From an uncultured delta proteobacterium (lineage in GTDB: Bacteria; Desulfobacterota; Binatia; Binatales; Binataceae), in the NCBI GenBank assembly GCA_963830715.1, contig CAWHNS010000021.1, forward strand, positions 211,005-275,004: a stretch of DNA of 64,000 bases, read 5' to 3'. The notes under the pieces are model-generated. The model worked only from the letters and a program-made list of their open reading frames with translations, was not told where the DNA came from and ran no database searches. A program made the translations under genes and the position numbers. This document shows, one piece after another, positions 58,319 to 64,000 of this stretch; the stretch's first letter is position 1, and each line of letters begins with the position of its first letter.

Positions 58319-59191
58319 TCACAACGCGAGAAATTCGTGGGTCGCTCTGAGAAATTCCTCGAGCTGATCGTGATGCACCCAATGGCCGGCCTGCCTTATC
58401 GTCACCGATTTGGCGCTGCGGAAAGCGTTTATCCGCCCATCGCGATCCCAATCCTTGGCCCACGACTCGTCGCCGCGCACCAACAGGCACGGACAGGCGA
58501 TCCGTCCCCAGATCTCGGTCGCTTCCTTCATGTTGAAAAGGTACGGCGAGGTGGCGCGCGTGTAGTTGTCGAACTTCCACGAGTAGGTGCCGTTCTCATT
58601 GCGGCGCACGCCATGAATCGTAAGATGGCGCGCCTGATCGACGCTCAGATGGGGATTGGCCTGCCGCATCCGCGCGAGCGCCTCCTCGATACTCGCGTAC
58701 TCACGCACTTTGCGCCGCGCGAGGTCCTGCATCTGCCCGACCCAGCCCTGCATCCGGCGGTGCGCCGGGGTCTCCTTGATCATCTCGGGCGGCGGACCAA
58801 GCCCTTCGACTGAAATCGCCTTCTGCACCCGATCCGGAAATACGCCGGTGTATTGCAGAACGATCCCGCCGCCGAGCGAATGGCCGATCAGAGTCGCGGG
58901 CTGGCGGCCAACCGCGTCCATGAGCTGGGTGAGGTCGAGGACATAGTCGATCATCGAGTAGCTGCCGCCCACGGCCCAATCCGAATCGCCGTGGCCGCGC
59001 AGGTCAGGCGCGATCACGTGAAAGTGGCGTCGCAGGTCGAGCGCCACCCAGTCCCAATTGCGGCAATGGTCGCGCCCGCCGTGCACCAGGACCGCCAGCG
59101 GCCTGTCCGGATTGCCCCAGTCCACGTAATGGAGCTTGAGGCGCTGCGAGTAGAAATAATGCGAAGTCGGTCCGATGATGTTGTCGCTCAT
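58319..59191 (-). CDS. Alpha/beta hydrolase
   Basis: VLVHGGRDHCRNWDW, DLRGHGDS, GHSLGG. Confidence 0.8.
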   Translation of the reverse strand: MSDNIIGPTSHYFYSQRLKLHYVDWGNPDRPLAVLVHGGRDHCRNWDWVALDLRRHFHVIAPDLRGHGDSDWAVGGSYSMIDYVLDLTQLMDAVGRQPATLIGHSLGGGIVLQYTGVFPDRVQKAISVEGLGPPPEMIKETPAHRRMQGWVGQMQDLARRKVREYASIEEALARMRQANPHLSVDQARHLTIHGVRRNENGTYSWKFDNYTRATSPYLFNMKEATEIWGRIACPCLLVRGDESWAKDWDRDGRINAFRSAKSVTIRQAGHWVHHDQLEEFLRATHEFLAL

Positions 59192-59368
59192 TCGATGGCC
59201 TGCTCTGGGCTCAAGTTGTGATCGTCAGAGACCCAACTTAGACCATCGGGCATCGGATAGGCGATAGCGCGCGACTCGGAAACGCGGTCAAATCGCTCCG
59301 CCCAGATTCCTCGCGCAACGCTCGGAATGACACCAGGGGCTGAAGCGCACGCGCCGAAAACCCGGACC

Positions 59369-60694
59369 CTACAGGTTCGGCCGGATGTCGTCGAGGGCGG
59401 CGCGCACGGTTTTCACGATGAACTCGACTTCGCTGTCACCGATCACGAACGGCGGCGTGATCATGATCGCGTCGCCGCCGCGATCGCCCGCCATTCCGGT
59501 AGCCGGATAGCAGAACATACCGCGCCGGACCGCCGCCCCCAACACGCGGTTCGTCACGCGCGCATCGGCGGGCCAGGGATCGCGCGAAACGGGATCCTTC
59601 ACCAGCTCGATTCCCCAGAACAGGCCCGTGCCGCGGATGTCGCCGACCATCGGATGCCCCGAGAGCTCTTCCTTCAACTGGCTGCCGAGCCGCGCGCCGA
59701 TCTCGGCAGCGTGCTCGACCAGCTTCTCGCGTTCCATGATCGCGAGCACCCGATCGGCGATCGCGCATCCGAGCGGATGCGCGCTGTAGGTGTAGAACAT
59801 AAAGTCGCCGTTGGCCCGCTCGCATTCCTCTACCAGGCGCTCGTCGACCGCAATCATGCCCATCGGCATATAGCCGCCGGTCAGGCCCTTGCCTCCGACC
59901 AGGATGTCCGGTTTCACCGACCAATGATCGACCGCGAAGCGCTTGCCGGTGCGGCCGAAGCCGGTCATCACTTCATCCGCGATCAGCAGGATGTCGTGGC
60001 GGGCGCAGATTTCGGCGATACGCGGCCAGTACTCCTTGACCGGCGGGATGACGCCGCCGCTCGCGCCGACCATCGGCTCGGCGATGAAGCCCGCAATCGT
60101 GTCGGCTCCGCAGCGCCGGATTTCGTCTTCCAGAACGGTCGCGCAGTCGAGATCGCATCCGGGATAAGTCCTGCCCCACGGGCATCGGTAGCAGTACGAG
60201 GGCGGGATTTTTGGCCAGTCGATCAGCACGTGCTCGAAGCCGGCGCGCCGTCCGCGGTTCCCGCTCACCGACAGCGCCGCGAGCGTATTGCCGTGATACG
60301 AGAGCCATCGCGAGATAAATCTCTTCTTCCCGGGACGGCCCTTGAGCGAATGGTAGAACACCGCGAACTTGAGCGCGGCCTCGACTGACTCCGAGCCGCC
60401 GCTGGTGAAGAAGAAGCGGTTCAGCCCCGGCGGGGTCCATCGCGCCAGCCTCTCTACGAGACGCTCCCGCGCGGGCGACACCCACAGCGGCACTATATAG
60501 TTGAGCTGGCGAACCTGCTCGGCGGCGAGCTCGGCGAGCTCCGCGCGCCCCTGCCCGATATTGACCACCACCGCGCCGCTGGCGGCGTCGAGAATCTTCC
60601 TGCCGTCGTCAGTGAACAGGTACGCGCCCTCAGCGCGCTCCACCTTGAGGGGACGATGCAGCCCCCGCATGAACAGAGCTTCTTGATCGCTCAT
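59369..60694 (-). CDS. Class III (omega) aminotransferase, PLP-dependent
   Basis: FFTSGGSESVEAALK, LLIADEVMTGFGRTGKRFA (PLP lysine region). ATG at 60694. Confidence 0.85.
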   Translation of the reverse strand: MSDQEALFMRGLHRPLKVERAEGAYLFTDDGRKILDAASGAVVVNIGQGRAELAELAAEQVRQLNYIVPLWVSPARERLVERLARWTPPGLNRFFFTSGGSESVEAALKFAVFYHSLKGRPGKKRFISRWLSYHGNTLAALSVSGNRGRRAGFEHVLIDWPKIPPSYCYRCPWGRTYPGCDLDCATVLEDEIRRCGADTIAGFIAEPMVGASGGVIPPVKEYWPRIAEICARHDILLIADEVMTGFGRTGKRFAVDHWSVKPDILVGGKGLTGGYMPMGMIAVDERLVEECERANGDFMFYTYSAHPLGCAIADRVLAIMEREKLVEHAAEIGARLGSQLKEELSGHPMVGDIRGTGLFWGIELVKDPVSRDPWPADARVTNRVLGAAVRRGMFCYPATGMAGDRGGDAIMITPPFVIGDSEVEFIVKTVRAALDDIRPNL

Positions 60695-60728
60695 GGCGCA
60701 ATGCCGGCGACGGCCGCGCACGGACCGT

Positions 60729-61935
60729 CTATCTGATGGCGCCCTCCCCTCTCCACCGATCGACATCGCCCGCGTTGTAGCCGAGCTCGCGGAGCACTTC
60801 GTCGGTATGCTGCCCCAGCTCCGGCGCGAGGGAGCGAATCGAGCCGGGGGTTTCGGAAAGCTTCACCGATACGCCCACCTGTTTTACTTTCCGCCCGCCG
60901 GGAGACTCGAGCTCGACGATCATCCGGCGGGCCCTCACCTGCGGATCGTCGCCGACCTCGTCCAGCGTCAGCATCTTGCCCACGCAGATGTCGGTCTTCG
61001 AGAGCAGGTCGAACCATTCGTCGCGGGTCCTGGTTTTGAACGTCTGCTCGAAGAAAGCCTGAATTTCGCCCCGCTTCTCCGGGTTGAATTCGTGCGGGAT
61101 GAAGTCCTCGCGGCCCAGCGCCCGGCAGAGATTGGCGAAGAACCACGGCTCGAGCGATCCAATCGTTATGTACTTGTTGTCACTGGTCAAATACGCGTTG
61201 TAATTCGGGATGCCGCCGTCGAGCATGGTCTCGCCGTGCTTCGGCAACTGCCCCGATGCGAAAAAGGTCGAGAAGCTCTGCGCCAGCAGCAGGATCGCGC
61301 CGTCCAGCATCGAGATGTCCACGTATTGGCCGCGTCCGCTCTGCTGCCGCGCGGCGAGCGCCGCCAGAATTCCGATCGCACCGTGCATCCCGCCGCCCGC
61401 ATAGTCGGCCAGGATGTTGAGCGGGATCGTAGGGGGCTGGTCCTTGCGGCCCAGGATCGAGAGCGCGCCGGCGGTCGCGATGTAATTCAGATCGTGGCCG
61501 ACCAGATTGCGATAGGGGCCGTCCTGCCCGTAGCCGGTGATCGCACAATAGATCAGCCGCGGATTGCGGGTCGCGAGCGTCTCGTAATCGAGCCCGAGGC
61601 GCTGGGCGACGCCGGGGCGGAATTCCTCGACGATCACGTCGGCGCGCTGCGCCAGCCGGATGTAGATCTGCTTGCCCGGGCTGCTCTTCAGATTGAGCCC
61701 GATCGATTTCTTGTTGCGGTTGAGCGCGTTGAACGGCGAGCCGCCAAAGCCGGTCGCCGGCATCTGCGCCGGCGCGCCGCCCGCCTGCTGCGCGCGCCGG
61801 CCGCTCGGCGGTCCGGTCCTCGATCTTGAGCACTTCCGCGCCGAGGTCGCCGAGGATCATCGTGCAGAACGGGCCGGGCGCGAGCCTGGTCAGATCGAGT
61901 ACCTTGATACCGCTGAGCGGCGCCGGAGCGGGCAT
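60729..61935 (-). CDS. Family III CoA-transferase (CaiB/BaiF), apparent frameshift near 61791-61810
   Basis: The N-terminus [40 protein letters not shown] (AAGGAGA RBS) is in one frame. The rest, from ...[20 protein letters not shown], is in another. The span is 1207 nt (3n+1). Confidence 0.8.
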
Positions 61936-62060
61936 TGCTTTTCTCCTTGAGCGTTGCAACCGGCACGCGCGGCCGGTAACGCTATCGCTGACCGCAGATT
62001 CTTAATCGTTTGGCGACTGCAAGCAAACGGCTCAGCATCTTGCCGCGCGCGGGGTCTCTA

Positions 62061-63938
62061 TCATAGCTTCGTGAAACCATCCGCGCTCCACTGTTCCGAA
62101 CCAACTCCGTTATGGACGAAGAACAGCCCGTACGGATCGTATTTTCTCTTGATTTCAGCGAGGCGAGGGTAGTTGCTCCCCCAGTACGACTGCTGCCATC
62201 CGTTTTCGAAATAGCTGCTCTCACTCACGTACGAGCCCGGGTTCGGCACGAGTGCACGAAGCTGACTCATGCATCGATCAATCCGAGCCGAAGCTTGCCG
62301 GCCTGCCACCACCGATGGCTCATGCCCCGGAATCCCGGGATACGCGGGTTGCTGGCCGTCGGCCGCGATCGCCAGAGCAAAGGCGGTCAGCACCGCTGGA
62401 TTCATTGCGGTGTCCTTCGCCCCGGCGATCGCCTCGGGCGGCGCTCCGGCGAGTCCCTTATTGAAGTGCAGTTCGACACTTGAATACCGAGAGCTTGCAA
62501 ACAACGCGTCCGCGAGTCGCTCCTGCGCGCCATTTTCGAGCAGCGACGCGGGCAGCCACAGCGACTCGAAGCCCCAAATGAACCATCCGACCTGCCCCCC
62601 ATCGCCCTTCCACCACGCGTTATCAGGCCCCGCGCCAGGCCGACGGTCGAACTCGAGAACAGGCTGCCGAATCAAGTGTACGAGGCCATAGTCAAGCAAC
62701 CCGATTAGGGGATTGCCATTTGAGTCAGGAAAAACAATTTCAGGCCAATGCTCCTTCCACCATTGCACGTCCCACCAGCTCCGCGCCGACACGCTTCCGA
62801 TAACAACCCGCCCTTCTATTGAACATGCGTGGGGCGAATGCGCCACCCAATCCAGAAACGGCTGCCAGACCTTCTTCGCCTGCTCAGTGTCCAATCCGCA
62901 AGAGCTCATGCTGATGACGAGTGAGTTGTCGGGGTTCACGTGGGCCTGCTCTCCCCAATAGTCGTTGAAGAGCTGCTCCCGGTAGAAGTTCACGAACTCG
63001 CGGATAAGGCGCCGATAGGCATCGTCCGACGCCGCCTTGATCGTGAAGTTGGCGACGCCGAAGAACTCGGGAAGATCGTGGACCCGCAGTGTGAGCTTAC
63101 TCACCACGCCGTAACTGCCGCCTCCGCCGCCTTTCAGCGCCCAGAACAGATCGGGGTTAGTGCACGCGTTCGCGAGGCGAATCTGGCCGTCAGCAGTGAC
63201 TACTTCGGCTTCCAGCAAGCTTCCTGCTGCCAGACCGTAGTGCTTCGAGTAACTTCCAAAGCCACCGCTCTGAATCAGACCCGCCACGCCTACTGTCGTG
63301 CATCCGCCACCCTGAACGTATTTTCCACCCTTGGTCGTAACCGCGTCGTACGCCTGCATCCAGATCGTTCCGGCGCCGAGCGTCACAGCCGGTTGCGGTT
63401 GTACCGAATGCTCGCAACCCTGCGGAACGAATGCGGTATGCATCGTGATATCGTTTATGTACCGCGTCCAAATCAGAAGCGAATCAGCCGCATTGGACGT
63501 GCCCTGGTAGCTGTGACCGCCACCCCTGACCACCAAGCGCAAGTCGTTCTCGCGGGCAAAATTCACGGCCTCAGCAATGTCATGGGCATTTCTTGCCGCG
63601 ACCGCGTAAACGCTTGGTTTGGTAGCCCACGCGTTGACCCATCCCAGGGTCTGCGTGAGACCTGGCTGATCGCCGATGTAATATGGATTTTTCAGGTTCT
63701 CCGAGACAAGCTTGGCTGCGGAGCCCGACGGATCAGTTTTGAGTAGCGAAAGGGGAAAGTCTACAGGAGTCAAATTCCCGCCGACTGCATCATTGAGCCG
63801 CTTCCACGCCAACTCCGGCGGCCATGTGCCATCGGAAGGACGGCGCCGGCGGAAATTCGTACCAGCCGACAGACGGCGCGGCAAAATCGGAAGGAGCGCC
63901 GCCGATCCGACTGCCTTCAAGAATGCTCTTCTGTTCAT
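62061..63938 (-). CDS. FAD-binding (FAD_binding_4 / BBE-like) oxidoreductase with a Tat signal
   Basis: MNRRAFLKAVGSAALLP twin-arginine leader, VVRGGGHSYQG FAD motif, and the C-terminal BBE-like KRKYDPYGLFFVHNGV. Confidence 0.8.
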   Translation of the reverse strand: MNRRAFLKAVGSAALLPILPRRLSAGTNFRRRRPSDGTWPPELAWKRLNDAVGGNLTPVDFPLSLLKTDPSGSAAKLVSENLKNPYYIGDQPGLTQTLGWVNAWATKPSVYAVAARNAHDIAEAVNFARENDLRLVVRGGGHSYQGTSNAADSLLIWTRYINDITMHTAFVPQGCEHSVQPQPAVTLGAGTIWMQAYDAVTTKGGKYVQGGGCTTVGVAGLIQSGGFGSYSKHYGLAAGSLLEAEVVTADGQIRLANACTNPDLFWALKGGGGGSYGVVSKLTLRVHDLPEFFGVANFTIKAASDDAYRRLIREFVNFYREQLFNDYWGEQAHVNPDNSLVISMSSCGLDTEQAKKVWQPFLDWVAHSPHACSIEGRVVIGSVSARSWWDVQWWKEHWPEIVFPDSNGNPLIGLLDYGLVHLIRQPVLEFDRRPGAGPDNAWWKGDGGQVGWFIWGFESLWLPASLLENGAQERLADALFASSRYSSVELHFNKGLAGAPPEAIAGAKDTAMNPAVLTAFALAIAADGQQPAYPGIPGHEPSVVAGRQASARIDRCMSQLRALVPNPGSYVSESSYFENGWQQSYWGSNYPRLAEIKRKYDPYGLFFVHNGVGSEQWSADGFTKL

Positions 63939-64000
63939 TAGCCCTTTTTCAGAAAGCGCTATCGAACCTGTTCAATAGTTGAGTCCCGCCGCTTGCGGTG

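Overview
GC-rich bacterial chromosomal window with one tRNA (Glu-UUC) and no rRNA, CRISPR array, transposase or integrase. The window falls into six blocks. (1) 1-12.9 kb holds envelope and housekeeping genes: a propeller protein, an FtsX permease, a GNAT, a tandem pair of secreted paralogs, tandem alpha/beta hydrolases, an ECF sigma / anti-sigma / CpxP-like module, MocA-XdhC and Bcp. (2) 14.0-24.5 kb is a minus-strand Tad/Flp pilus locus (flp x2, cpaB, secretin, tadZ, tadA, tadB, tadC). It is bracketed by two paralogous sigma-54 enhancer-binding proteins (EBPs) that lack any sensor domain. I found -24/-12 promoter matches by hand in front of both flp genes. Two paralogous Zn-ribbon proteins that I do not recognise lie between EBP2 and the pilins; this is my best candidate for something undescribed. 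(3) 25.7-33.8 kb carries a lipoprotein/OmpA pair with duplicated promoters, hydrolases, TetR, a DUF1329-like gene and an MFS transporter. (4) 33.9-50.4 kb is a large ABC-transporter-dependent (Wzm/Wzt-type) glycan locus with GT39, an Stf0-type sulfotransferase, several GT2/GT4 genes, an HprK-like P-loop protein and an NTase-like protein. One gene in it is bracketed by an 80-bp direct repeat. (5) 51.4-53.8 kb is a lower-GC islet abutting the 3' end of tRNA-Glu. (6) 53.9-64 kb holds metabolic genes and a ClC channel. Caveat: at least 14 genes give their canonical protein only after a +/-1 frame change, so the ORF track splits or mistranslates them. This is either assembly indel error or real gene decay. 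All coordinates of frameshifted genes below are my reconstructions.
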